This document shows positions 39,401 to 52,300 of a stretch of 64,000 nucleotides of DNA, one piece after another. The notes under the pieces are model-generated. The model saw only the letters and a list, made by a program, of their open reading frames with translations, was not told where the DNA came from and did not search any database. Position 1 is the first letter of the stretch. Each line of letters opens with the position of its first letter. Position numbers and translations under genes: made by a program. This DNA comes from Monocercomonoides exilis PA203. Its lineage: Eukaryota; Protista; Preaxostyla. Location: the NCBI GenBank assembly GCA_001643675.2, contig LSRY02000050.1, positions 186,001-250,000 on the forward strand, given 5' to 3'.

Positions 39401-42400
39401 CTTTCTTCATTTCTTCTTTCTTCTCTTTCAATTTCTTCATTTTCTCTTTCATTTCTTCCCTTTCTTCTTCCATTTCTTTTATTTTCTCTTCTTTCTCTTT
39501 GATTTCTTCTTCTTTCTCTTTGATTTCCTTCCTCATCTTTTCTTCTTCTTCTTCTTTCTCTTTCTCTTTCTCTTCTTCTCCTTTCTTCTTTTCTTCTTTC
39601 ATTTTTTCTATTTCTTCTTCTCTTTTCTTCATTTCTTCTTCCATTTCTTTCATTTTCTCCTCTTTTTCTTTTATTTCTTCTTCTCTTTTTTCTTTCTCTT
39701 CTTTCATCTTTTTTATTTCTTCTTCTTTCTCCTTCTTCATTTTTTCTATAATTTCTTCATTTTCTTTCATTTTCTCCTTCATTTTGGTTATTTCTTCTTC
39801 CATTTCTTTTCTTTCTCTTTCTCTTTCTTTCATTTCTTCTTCCATTTCTTTTATTTTCTCTCCTTTTTCTTTCATTTCTTCTTCTCTTTTCTTCGTTTCT
39901 TCTTCAATTTCTTTCATTTTCTCCTCTTTTTCTTTTATTTCTTCTTCTCTTTCTTTCATTTCTTCTTCCATTTCTTTTATTTTCTTCTCTTTTTCTCTTC
40001 TTTCTTCTTCTTTCTCTTTCATTTTCTTTTCAATTTCTTCTTTTTCTTCTTCTTTCTCTTTTATTTCTTTCTTCAATTTATTAATTTCTTCTTCTTTCTC
40101 TTCTTCTCCTTTTTCCTTTTCTTCTTTCAATTTTGATATTTCTTCTTCTCTTTCTCTCAATTTCTTTTCTGTTTCTTTCATTTCTTCTTCTTTCTTCTTT
40201 TCTTCTTCTTCTCTTTCTTCTTTCTCTTTCTTTTTCATTTCTTTTATTTCTCTTTCTTTTTCTTCTTTTTCTTCTTTCAATTTCTTTATTTCTTCTCCTT
40301 TTTCTTCTATTTCTTTCTTCATTTCTTCCTTTTCTTTCTTCTTCTTCTCTTCTTCTCTTTCTTTCTCTTCTTCCTTTTCCTTCATCTTTTCTTTCATTTC
40401 TTCTATTTCTTTCTTCATTTCTTCTCTTTCTTTCTCTTCTTCTTTCTCTTTCTTCTTCATTTCTTCTATTTCTTCTTCTTTCTCTTTTATTTCTTCTTCT
40501 TTCTCTTTTATTTCCTCTTCTTTCTTTTTAATTTCCTCTTCTAATTTCTTCTTCTCTTCCTTTTCTCTTTCTTTCTCCTTCTCCTTCTCTTTCTTCTCTT
40601 CTTCTTCTCTTTCTTTCATTTCTTTTATTTCTTCTTTCTTCTTTCTAATTTCCTCTTCTAATTTCTTCTTCTCTTCTTTCTCTTTCTCCTTTTCTCTTTC
40701 AATCATTTCTTTCTCTTCTTCATTTGTTTGTTTCCCACTTATCAAAAGATTTATTTCTTCTTTCTTTTCTTCCATTTCTTTCTTCATCTTTTCTTTTTCT
40801 CTTTCTCTTTCTTCTATTTCTTTCTTCATTTCTTCCTTTTCTTCTTCCTTTTTCTTTATTTCTTCTTTTAATTTTCTCTTCTCTTCTTTCTCTTCTTCTA
40901 TTTCCTTCTTCATTTCTTCCTCTTCTTTCTTCATTTCTTCTTCTTTCTTCTTTATTTCTTTCTCTTTTTCTTCTTTCTCTTCTTCCATTTCTTTTATTTC
41001 TTCTTCTTTCTTCTTCAATTTCTTCTTCATTTCTTCCTCTTCTTTCTTCATTTCTTCAATGATTGCTTCATTTTCTTTTATTTCCTTCTCTTTTTCTTCC
41101 ATTTCTTTCTTCATTTTCTCTTCTTCTTCCTTCTTTTCTTCCATTTCTTTCTTCATTTCTTCTTTTTCTTCTTTCAATTTTGATATTTCTTCTTCTTTCT
41201 CTTCTTTTAATTTCTTCATTTCTTCCTCTTCTTTCTTCATTTTCTCGATCATTTCTTTCTTTTCTTCGATTTCTTTCTTCTTTTCTTTTATTTCTTCTTC
41301 TTTTTCTTCTTTTTCTTCTTTCAATTTCTTCATTTCTTCTTTCTCTTCTTCTCTTTCTTTCTCTTTCTCTTCTTCTTCTTTCTCTTTCTCTTTCTTCATT
41401 TCTTCTTCTTTCTCTTTCTCTTTCTTCATTTCTTCTTCTTTCTCCTTTATTTCTTCGATTTCTTTCTTCTTTTCTTTTATTTCTTTCTTCATTTCTTCCT
41501 TTTCTTCTTCTTTCTCCTTCATTTCTTCATTTAATTTCTTCATTTCTTCCTCTTTCTCTTTTAATGCTATTGTTATGATTTCTATTGATTTCTCATATTC
41601 TTCTTCTCTTCTTCTTTCCTTTTCTTCTCTTTCTTCTCTTTCTTCTTCCATTTCTTTGATTTTCTCTTCTTTCTCTTTTATTTCTTCTTCTTTTCTTTCT
41701 TTTTCTTCATTCAATTTCTTTATTTCTTCTTCTTTCTTCTTTATTTCTTCTTCCTTCTCCTTCTCCATCTTCTTCTTCTCTTCTTCTCTTTCTTTTATTT
41801 CTTCTTCTTTCTTTTTAATTTCTTCTTCCAATTTCTTCTTCTCTTCTTTCTCTCTCTCTTTCTCTCTTTCTACCATTTCTTTCTCTTCTTCTTTCGTTTG
41901 CTTTCCAAATATTAATTTATTTATTTCTTCTTTCTTTTCTTCTATTTCCTTCTTCATTTCTTCTCTTTCTCTTTCTCTTTCTTCCTTCTCTTTCTTCATT
42001 TCTTCCATTTCTTTCTTCTTCTCTTCTTCTTCTTCTTCCTTTTCTTCTAATTCTTTCTTCATCTTTTCCTTTTCTTCTTTCAATTTCTTTATTTCTTCTT
42101 CTCTTTCTCTTAATTTCTTTTCTGTCTCTTTTATTTCTTCTTCTTTCTCTTTTATTTCCTTTTCTTTCTTCTCTTCTCTTTCTTTCTCTTTCTCTTCCAT
42201 TTCTTTCTTCATTTCTTTCATTTCTTCTTTCAATTTTGATATTTCTTCTTCTTTCTCTTTTATTTCCTTTTCCTTCTCTTTTATTTCTCTTTCTTTCTCT
42301 TCTTTTTCTTCTTTTTCTTCTTTTTCTTCTTTTTCTCTCATTTTATTTTCTTTCTCTTTCATTTCTTTCATTTCTTCTTTCAATTTTGATATTTCTTCTT

Positions 42401-45400
42401 CTTTCTCCTTCATTTTTCCTTCAAACCTTCCAATAGAAATAGCAATTTCTTCTTCTCTTCTTTCTCTTTCTTCTTTCTCTTTCTTCATCTTTTCTTCCAT
42501 TTCTTCCATTTCTTCTTCTTTCTCCTTCAATTTCTTCTTCATTTCTTCTTTCTCCTCTTCTTTCTCTTTCTCTTCTTTCTCTTTCTCTTCCATCACCTTC
42601 TTTATTTCTTCTTCTCTTTCTTTCAGTTTCTTTTCTATTTCTTTTATTTCTTCTTCTTTCTTCTTTATTTCCTTTTCTTTTTCTTCTTTTTCTTCTTTCA
42701 TCTTCTTTATTTCTTCTTCTCTTTCTTCTTTTTCTCTTTCTTTCTCTTCTTTCTCTTTCTTCATTTCTTCTTTCTCTTCTTCCATTTCTTTTATTTCTTC
42801 TTCTTTTTCTTTTAATTTCTTCTTCATTTCTTCCTCTTCTTCTTCTCTTTCCCTCATTTTTTCTTTTATTTCTCTTATTTCTTCTTCTCTTTCCTTCATC
42901 TTCTTCTCTTTCTCTTCTCTTTCTTTCTTCATTTCTTCTTCTTTCTCCTCTTTTTCTTTTAATTTCTTTTCCATTTCTTCTTTCTCTTCTTCTCTCTCTT
43001 TCATTTCTTTCTCTAATTTCTTTATTTCTTCTTCTTTCTCTTTTATTTCCTCTTCTTTCTCTTTTATTTCTTCTTCTTCTTTTTCTTCTTTTTCTTTCAA
43101 TTTTTCTTTCATTTCTTTCATTTCTTCTTGCAATTTTTCATATTCTTGTTTAGCAACCTTTTCCTCTTCTTTCTTTTCTTCTTCTTCCTCCTCTTTCTTC
43201 ACTTTCTTTTCCTTCTCTTCTTCTCTCTCTTCTTCTTTTTCTTTCATTTTCTCTTCTCTTTCTCTCTTTTCTTCTTCTTCTTTCTCCTTCTCCTTCTCTT
43301 TTTCTTTCTCTTCTCTCATTTCTTCTTTCTCCTTCTTCATTTCTCTTATTTCTTCTCTTAACTTGTGATTTTGTGTTAAAAGTTCTATAATTTCTTTCTC
43401 TTTCTCTTTCTCTTTTATTTTCTCTTCTTCTTCTTTCTCTTTTTCTTTTTCTTTCTCTTCTTTCTCAATGATTTCTTTGATTATTGCAATTTCTTCTTCT
43501 TCTTTCTCTTCTTTTTTCTCTTTCTTTTCTTTTTCCTTTTCTTCTTCTTCTTCTCTCTCTTCCATTTCTTTCTTCTCTTTCCCTTTCTCTTTCTCTTCTT
43601 TCTCTTCCTTCCTCTCTTCATCCTTCTCTATATTCTTTTCTTCTTCTTCCTTCTTCTTCTTCTTCTTTGTCATTTTCTTCTTCTTCTCTTTCTTTTTCTC
43701 TCTTTCTCTTTCTCTTTCTTCTTCTTCTTCTTCTATCAGCATTCTCAGTTGTTCTATTGGTGTTAATGAATCAAGTAAAATAGAATTCACTTCAATTGGG
43801 TGAGAAGAAGAAAGAGAAGAAGATAGAGAAGAAGAAAGAGAAGAAGAAGAAGAAGAAGAAATTAAAATTTCTTTCTCTTTCTCTTTCTCTTTCTCTTTCT
43901 CTTTCTCTTTTCCTTTTCCTTTTCCTTTTCCTCTTCTTCTTTCTCCTTCATTTTCTTTTCCTCCTCCTTCTCTTCTTCTTTCCCTTCCTTTTCCTTCTCT
44001 TCTTTCTATTTCTCTTCCTTTTCCTTCTCCTCTTTCTCTTTCTTCTCCTTCTTCTCTTATTCCTTCTTCTCTTCCTTCTTCTTCTTCTTTTATATCAATT
44101 TCTGTTATTTGTGGAATAAATCGTTGATTCTTCATTGAATTTTGAGATTTTTGTGATTTCTTCATTTTCTTTCCTTTTTTCATTATTTCTCTTCTTTCTT
44201 CTTCTTTCTCTTCTTCCTTTCTCTCTTCTCTTTCTCTCTCTTCTTCTTCTTTCTCTTCCTTTTTCTCTTTTTCTTTCTTCTCCCACTTCTTCACAACTTT
44301 ATCTTTTTTCTCTTTCTTTTCTTCCTTCTCTTCTTCCTTTTCTTTTTCTTCCTTCTCTTTAAATTTATCTTCTTTTCCTTCTTCCCTTTCTTCTTCTTCT
44401 TCTTCTTCTATTTTGGGTGATGGAGGTAAAGATAAAGGAAGAGGAAGAGGAGAAAGAGGAGAAAGAGGAGGAGAAAGAGAAAGAAGAAGAAGATTTTCGT
44501 TGTTATTACTATTATCTATTTCTTCTTCTCTTTCTCTTTCTTCTCTTTCTTTTCCTTCTCTTTCTCTTTCTCTTTCTTCTCTTTCTCTTTCTCTTTCTTC
44601 TCTTTCTCTTTCTTCTTCTTCTTCTTCTTCTTCTTCTTCTTCTCCCTCCAACAAAAGAGGAGGAAGAAGAGGAGGAGGAGAAGGAGGAAGAGGAGAAATA
44701 ACCTCAAGAAGCGGAGATGGAGGAACTGATAACAAACTTTCTGATACAGATGTTAATTCTTCTTCTTCTTCTTCTTCTTCTTCTTCTTCTTTCTTTTCTT
44801 CTTTCTTTTCTTTCTTTTCTTTCTTTTCTTCTTTGATTTCTTCTTTCTCTTTCTCTTTTTCTTTTTCTTTTTCTTTTATTTCTTTCTCTTCTTTCTTCTC
44901 TTTCTTCTCTTTCTTCTTTTCCTTTTTCTTTTTCTCTATATTTTCTTCCTTTCTTTCTTCTCTTTCTTTTTCTTCTTTTTCTTTTTCTTCTTTTCCTTTC
45001 TTTTCTTTTCCTTTTTCTTCATTTTTCTCTTTTTCTCCTTCTTCCAATGAAATTGGTGGTATATCTATTGGTGGAAGAGAAATATCTTCTAATTCTTCAA
45101 TTTCATCTTTTATTTCTTTTATTTCTTCTTTTTCTTCTTCCTCTTCTTCTTCCTCTTCTTCTTCCCTTTCTTCTTTCTCCTCCTCCTCTTCTAACTCTAT
45201 TTCATCATCGTTATCTTCTTCTTCTTCCTCTTCTTCCTCTTCTTCCTTTTCTTCTTCCTCTTTCTCTTTCTCTTCAGTTTTCTCCTCCTCTTCTTCTCTT
45301 TCTTCTCTTTCTTCCTCCTCCTCTTCTTCTTCTTCTTCTCTTTCTCCTTCTCCTTCTTCTTCTCCTCTTTCTTCTCTTCTTCTTCTCTTCTCTCTCTTCT

Positions 45401-47768
45401 CTCTCTTCAATGCAATAAATGATTGCAACATTTTTGTCATTTCTTCTTTCTCTTTTATTTCTTCTTCCATCTCCTTCATCTTCTTCAGAAGTTCAGAAAT
45501 TTTCACTTCTTCTTCTTCTTTCTCTTCTTCTTTCTCTTCTTCTTTCTCTTCTTCTTTCTCTTTCTCTTCTTCTTTATTTTCTTCTTCCTTGTTTTCTTCT
45601 TTCATTTCGTTTATTTCTTCTTCTCTTTCTTCTCTTTCTTCTCCTTCATTTTCTCTTTCTCCAACTTTTTCTTCTTTTATTTCTTCCTTTTCTCTTTCTT
45701 CCTTTTCTCTCTTCTCTTCTCTTTCTTCTTCTTTCTCCTTCTTTTCTTTCTCTTCTCCTTCTTCTTTCTTCATTTCTACAACTTTAACAATCTTTTCTTC
45801 TTCTTTTCTTCTTTCTTCTTCTTCTTTCTCTTGTTTCTCTTCTTTTTTATCTTCTTTCTCTTCTTCGTCTTCTTCGTCTTCTTCGTCTTCTTCGTCTTCT
45901 TCTTCCTTCTCTTCCTTCTCTTCTCTTTCTTTCTCTTTCTCCTTCTCTTCTTTCTCTTCTTCTTTCTCTTTCTCTTTCTCCTTCTCTTCTCCTTCTCTTC
46001 TCTTCTCCGTCTTCTCCTTCAACCTCATCAAAAGTTCTATTGTTGTTTCTTTCTCTTTCCCTTTCTCCTTCTTCTCCTTCTCTTTCTCTTTCTTCTCCTT
46101 CTTCTTATTCTTGTTCTTTTTCTTCTCCTTCTCTTTCTCTTTCTCTTTCTCTTTCTTCTCTTTCTTCTTCCTTCCTTTTATTCTTTCCTCTTTCTCTTCT
46201 TTCTCTTCTTTCTCTTCTTTCTCTTCTTCAATTCTTTCCATTATATCTTCCTCTTCTTTCTTCTTCTCTTCTTCCTTTACTTCTTCTTTTTCCTCTTTTT
46301 CTTCTTTTTCTTTTCCCTTTTCTTCCTCTTCCTCCTCTTCCTCTTCCTGTTCTTCCTCTTCCTTTTCTTCCTTTTCTTCCTTCTTCTTCTCTTTCTCTTT
46401 TTCCCCTTCTTTGATTTCTTCTTCCTCCTCTTCATTTTTTAATTCTTTATGCTCTTCTTCTTCTTTCTCTTCTTTTAATTTCTTCATTTCTTCCTTCTCT
46501 TCTTCCTTCTCTTCTTCTTCCTTCTCTTCTTCTTCCTTCTCTTCTTTTTCTTTCTCTTCTTCTTCCTTCTCTTCTTCCTTCTTTTTCTCTTCATTTTTCG
46601 TTTCCATTTTCACTTCTTCCTCATTTTCTTCCTCTTCTTTCTCTATTTTCTTCTTCTTTTCCTTCTCTTCCTCTTCCTTCTCTTTCTTTTCTTTCTTTTC
46701 TTCTTCCTTCTCTTCTTCTTCCCTTTCTTCTTCTTCTTCTTCTTCCTCTTCCTCTTCTTTCACCTTTCCTATAATCTCTTCTTCTCCCTCTAATTCTTCC
46801 TCTTCTTCTTCTTCTGTCTCCATTAATCTTCCTTCCATTTCTTCTCTCTCTTCTCTCTCCTTTTCTCCTTCTTCTCCTTCTTCTCTTTCCCTCTCTTCTT
46901 CTTCTTCTTCTTCCTCTTCCTCTTCTTCCTCTTCCTCTTCCTCTTCTTCCTCTTCCTCATTCATCTCTTCTCCAAGCATCATCTTCAGCATCCGATGAAT
47001 CTCTCTTTTCTCTCTCTTCCATTCTTTCTCTCCTCTTTCGCATTCTTCACAATATTTCGTCTTGTCCTCCAATTCTTTTCTCATTTTTCGATTTTCTTCT
47101 TTTTCTTTTTCCACTTCTGTTATTAATTCTTTGATCTGTTCCAGATATTTTCCGATTTCCGCCTCGGCTGCCAATAACTTGCTTTGAGCACTAGACACAG
47201 AACTCGACGCTGCACACTCAAGTTCAGACGGTTCTTCTGACGATGAAGCAGAGAAACTGCCCTTCGAAGGAGGGACTGATATTCTTGTTGTAGCAGAAGT
47301 TATAAAATGAATAGTCGTCATTGGATCTGGACGAAAATGCAAAATCGTGTTGAAGTTACCTGTAATCCCTTCGAGAACAAGTTTCACTGCTTTCAAAAGT
47401 GTTGTTTTTCCAACATTAGCTTCAAGTTTCGTTAATTTCTTTGATAAATAAACTGGTCCTAAATCAATTGAAACTTCTCCAATAAATTCATCTTTTTCTA
47501 GAAGACGCTTCTGAATTGCAAAAATCATTGGCTTTGGATTTGGCAACCCTGGTTTTGATTCAACAATTGTTCCTTCAAACGTAAAAACTTCATTTCCAAA
47601 ATAAACTGAATTTTGTTCAACAGTTCGTGACGTTGTAAAACTAGCCAGTTTTTTACCACGCCTCCATTTCAACAAAAACAAGTCATTTTGCAAATCATTG
47701 GGAATGGGCCCAAGGCTAACCGCTCTTATTTGAAACCATTGTTTGATGTGTTTTCCAAATAAACTCAT
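33288..47768 (-). CDS. Giant (~4703 aa) protein: N-terminal NT-C2 (EEIG1/EHBP1-type) domain, very long E/K coiled coil, Ser-interrupted putative Dilute-like C-terminus; 2 exons (47768-35833, 35463-33288)
   Basis: The N-terminus (LKWRRGKK...VYFGNEVFTF...FIGEVSIDL) fits NT-C2. The 4020-aa and 771-aa ORFs join in frame through a phase-2 intron AG|GTATGA...TTCTTCAG|T (35832-35464) that removes low-complexity termini of both ORFs. Confidence 0.8.
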
Positions 47769-48350
47769 CTCAAATTGATATCAAAAGAGCACAATAATTC
47801 CTTAAAACTGTAAAAATGCTTCTTCGATATCAGATAATTACTAAATCAAACAACGCAAAATACTGTTTAGGTAAATTGGAGAAATTAGAAAAAAAATATA
47901 CTTTTCAGTTAATAATTGTTGTTACGTAATGGGATAAACGATTTTTTTTTTTTTTTATTAAAAGTTTCCATACTCATTGTTTTTTTTTTAAAAAAAGAAA
48001 GAAAATATAAAAGAAAAAGAAAAAGAAAAAGAAAACAAAATCTTCAAAAAGTTATTCATTTTCTATTGATGTCTGAGGAATTTCCTAAAATGTTGCGCAA
48101 TAATAAATACAGAAAGGATATGTTAAATGAATATGTATTTTAAGTGGAGAAGTGAACGTTTGAAATAACATTCTTGCGGGTCGTATCAATTCCATTTAAA
48201 ATTGAATAGATTCCATGTTTTGCTCAGTTAGCTTTTGATAAAGTGAATATGGATTGCTCGAACAGATAATTTAATCGGCTGATCGATAATAACATAGCAA
48301 TCCAGAGCGATGAATCCATATTTGAATATACATTAAATATTCGCTTGAAT

Positions 48351-49093
48351 TCACAATAGGCAAATAATCCGATGAAGAGCAAATAAAATTTCCGCCAATA
48401 TCAATAAAAGACATGCAGCATTAAGAATCATCTCAAAGCGAATTCTACATAAAAATTAAACAAAAATTAATAAATTGAATGCATTTGACGATTCATTGCA
48501 AATTGATAAAAAAAACGATGACACTTTTTTTTTATAAAAAAAGAGAGAATCATACACATAAACCTGGAAAAACATCATGTACACGTGCCAACATCCAACT
48601 ATCAAACGAATCAAAATGAAAATGCTCAAAAACAATTTATTTTCATGAACATTTCCAGAAGTTTCTTTTTTGTCAAATTATCAACAGTTTCACCAAATTA
48701 AAAAAACAAATGCAAATGCAAACCAAATTCACTTCCAATATATCCAAAAAGAGGAAATAATAACAGAATTGATAAAAATTCCACCCACATTAAAGCAATT
48801 GGTAAAGGAAATATAATCACTGTTTCATTTCCAAAATTTTGAAAATATCGCAACGGAAATGAAAAATATAAATAATTAAATAAATAAATTGCAGCATACT
48901 CTTTACTAAATACATCACCAATGAAAATGCATAAAAAATGATATCTGCAATAAATTCTACTCTCAAAAGCAATTGCAATTTTACAGAAGCATTCTACGTA
49001 TTTTCAAATAGTTTCAAGCAAGGATTTACGTAATATAGCAAACAATTACAAATTTACTCAAAAGATAAGGCATACTGTTCTGTTTACACTCAT
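48351..49093 (-). CDS. TMEM17/TMEM216/TMEM80-family ciliary transition-zone membrane protein; 5 exons (49093-49076, 48993-48900, 48819-48724, 48664-48556, 48444-48351)
   Basis: Spliced translation MSVNRTNASVKLQLLLRVEFIADIIFYAFSLVMYLVKMIIFPLPIALMWVEFLSILLLFPLFGYIGSEFETSGNVHENKLFLSIFILIRLIVGCWHVYMMFFQVYVIRFEMILNAACLLLILAEILFALHRIICLL. It has four hydrophobic helices and the family's S-x-x-L-Q, K...P, GN-x-x-E and Q-x-Y-V-x-R-x-E-x-I-x-N motifs. All four introns are GT-AG and phase-consistent. Confidence 0.8.
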
Positions 49094-49156
49094 TCAACGA
49101 ATATGAAAAATAAATCATGGTTCACAAATTTGAATAAAGTTGATTTTTTTATTTTA

Positions 49157-49352
<196 letters not shown>

Positions 49353-52300
49353 AGATGAATTGTGAATAGATTTTTTTCATTTGAATAGATTCAACTTATT
49401 TGAATGAACTGGGTTTTTCTTAAATTACATCATGTTATTTTAAATGGTTGAAGTGACACTTGAATAAAGTGCGATACACTTAAATAAAGTTTTTGTGAAA
49501 AAGTAGTGAACACTTATTATAATATTTTCACGTTTTATCTTTCACTTTATCAACAAAAAAAAATGAAAAATTCGAAAAATCTGAGATTTTTCTGTATTCT
49601 TAATCAATATTTGATATATGTTTAAAGAAGATTTTATTTGACAAAAAGAGAGAGAAATGAATGCAAATATCATTTTGTTATCGTTATTCAATTCCATTCC
49701 TACTTTTTAACTTTTTTTGATCACTGTATAATTAAATATAAAAAACAAAATTTTGTTTTTATTGAAGTTCGTGGAGTGATCTGCATCCAACAAAGCATAT
49801 AATTTCGAAGCTCTCAGTCAAGTCGACAGGTTGAAGCTGCTTTCATCTTTGCAACTTTCTCCATTGACTGGGCATATTTCATTTTCATTGATAGATTTTT
49901 TTTCACAAATTCTTTCAATATTCCGCTTGACTGCATTCTTCCCCGCTTTCCCCCATTGATAGTCTGGCGATTTCTCTGTATTCAACATTCATATGCCTTT
50001 GGATCCTTCTTTATTGTATCATCAACAATCTGTCTCAAATCTTCCGCTTCATTCGAAGCCTTCTTCCAACAAGCAATAAACATAATAAATCCAATCAAAA
50101 GAATCTTAAGAATTATCGATGTCATAACAGTTGCAATCGGTGGTCGAGACAGTTATCTTTCTCTTCTTCCTTCAGTAATTCTTTCATCGTTTTAAATTAG
50201 ACTTCGCTGTTGTTCTTCAAAAGAAATTGTACTGTAGATGCACTGTATTCGAGCATTTTAACATGATGCTTGTGGCCAATTCTGTGGTGTCAGGCACTGA
50301 AGTTACAATTGAGGCTGAGATGACAACATGGATTACAGTTTCATTTTCATTAAGTTCTGCTTGCAACGGATATTTCTGAGTTTGTGAAGGGATTCATTGA
50401 CAAAATCAATCTGGAGGAGCTAGAGCCAAGGAATGAACGAAGAGCCAATGAGATCCAGGGAAAAGACATTGCCTTCTTAACAAGATATCACTGAATTTAG
50501 CTGCGGAATAAAGAACGGGATGCTCTTTCCGAAGCCATTTTTTCCAATGTTCTCAACTGGAAGAAATTCACGTCGAGATGTTCGGAAGAAAGCCATCACC
50601 GACTTTCATGCAATGAATATTCAAAAGGACATGATCAGAGCAGGCGATGTAGTTCCTTATGGATGAATAGCCTACTGCATTTGGGCTGTTGCTAGAAAAC
50701 AGCACAAACTGAATTTGTATGTTTCCTCCAGAGATCGACAGCCTTCACTTGGATGAATTGGAGATTGTGGTGTCTGATATTCTTCCTGAGCAATCCTGAA
50801 GATCAACCATCGATCCGCTCCACTGGCACAGATTTTTGAAACTATCTTCGTATGTTCCATTCTGTTGCACGCCAGCTGCTCCATCAAATCAACATGAAGA
50901 TAAAAAAACATCCGTCAAATCTGCCAACGCTTCAATGCTCCCTTTTTCAGATGTGGAAACACACTTTTTGTTCGAGTAGTTTTCCAATTCCAGCAAAAAA
51001 GATGAAGATGAAACAGCCAAGCAGCACGGGCCAAGCGAATCTTGGGTTATGTTTTGAAATGATGACTGCTTCAAATGGAATGCCGAAGCATTTGATGCAA
51101 CGCTCCCTGCACATCCTTCTCCAAGAATTGTGTTTGAAATAGCCAAGAAATTCATCTGAATATCTGAATCTTGGCATTCTATAGAAAGCAAAGAACCAGA
51201 CTGCACAGATATGGCATCGAATTCCGAATGATAGTATTGGACGTTTGAATGGCCTCCTGAACCGTCTGAGGAAAGCACAATCAAGCTTGCTTTGCTCTCT
51301 GCATTTCTGATTTGAACCTTCTGCAGCTGAGAGTCTTTGCAATTGTAAAGGATAAGGGTGGATTGTTCAAGTGTGCAACTGGAAATTAGCACTTGCTGCG
51401 TTGAAATGTTTACCAGATTGCGGAAGTCCAACAACACAACAGAATTCGCATCAGAATATTCAAGTTCATAAATGAGCAATATAGTCCGCCTCTTGCTCCC
51501 ACGCACGAAGAACTGAGATGAATACAAGTAAAAGTGCACCCGTTTGTTGATAGTCTTCCATTCTCGTGGAGAATGATGGAGCAATTCAATTTGTGTTCGG
51601 TGTTTCCACTCCAATCTTCTTGAACAAATGTTGAATCTGCAATCAACAAGTTGCCATCAGTCAGTGATTACAAACTTGAATGAGAAGAAGAAAAAGCGCT
51701 ACCAAACAAAAACGTGAGAAATTCCATTTTTACTCTCAGCAAGCACGAAACGAGACTGCTCCTCTTGTTTCCAATGCTGATGTTCAGCAGAATAATCCCT
51801 CTTATGCCTTCCACATCCAGCGACTTGATCCAAACATCTCAAGCGCTTGCTTCCCCTGACACCACAGTGCTTTTGCCGATCAGCAAATTGCTGTAAACAA
51901 AAAGAATGATGTGGGGCAGAGCAACATTCAAGGAAATGCACGGTTCGCTCATTGCGCCACGCTGCTGCGAATCGGAGGAGTTGTCGGATGAAGAAGATGC
52001 AAATATAGTCTCGCTCCGATACACAACAACAAGTAGCAGCAGATCTTGTTCATCAGCATAGTCTTGTGCGGTGCATTCCCACATAGCAAACTCCCGAACA
52101 AACGGTGCTCTGAAATCGAGCTGGAACGGTTTGTTGCCAATTTGAATTTTTTTATTCGCTCATTTTTCATATAAGTCTCTTCCAACAAATGCTTTGTTCT
52201 CCATGAATGCGGTGTTTTTAAACAGGAAAGGAAGCAGGCCATCTCTTGTGATCAAAGAACAATCCAGGAATGAAACGCCTCCTCTTCCAGTTGCAGAGCA

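Noticed and set aside
37999-46998. Long + strand ORFs (1789, 861, 339 aa etc.) rich in S/F/L
   Set aside because: Antisense shadows of the E/K-coding gene; a pyrimidine-only strand cannot form stop codons.
335-47768. Alternative genetic code (TAA/TAG = Gln, known in some oxymonads) as the cause of the many broken ORFs
   Set aside because: Genes of 1600-4700 codons have no internal TAR and end in TAG, TAA or TGA. The broken genes also contain TGA stops and frameshifts.
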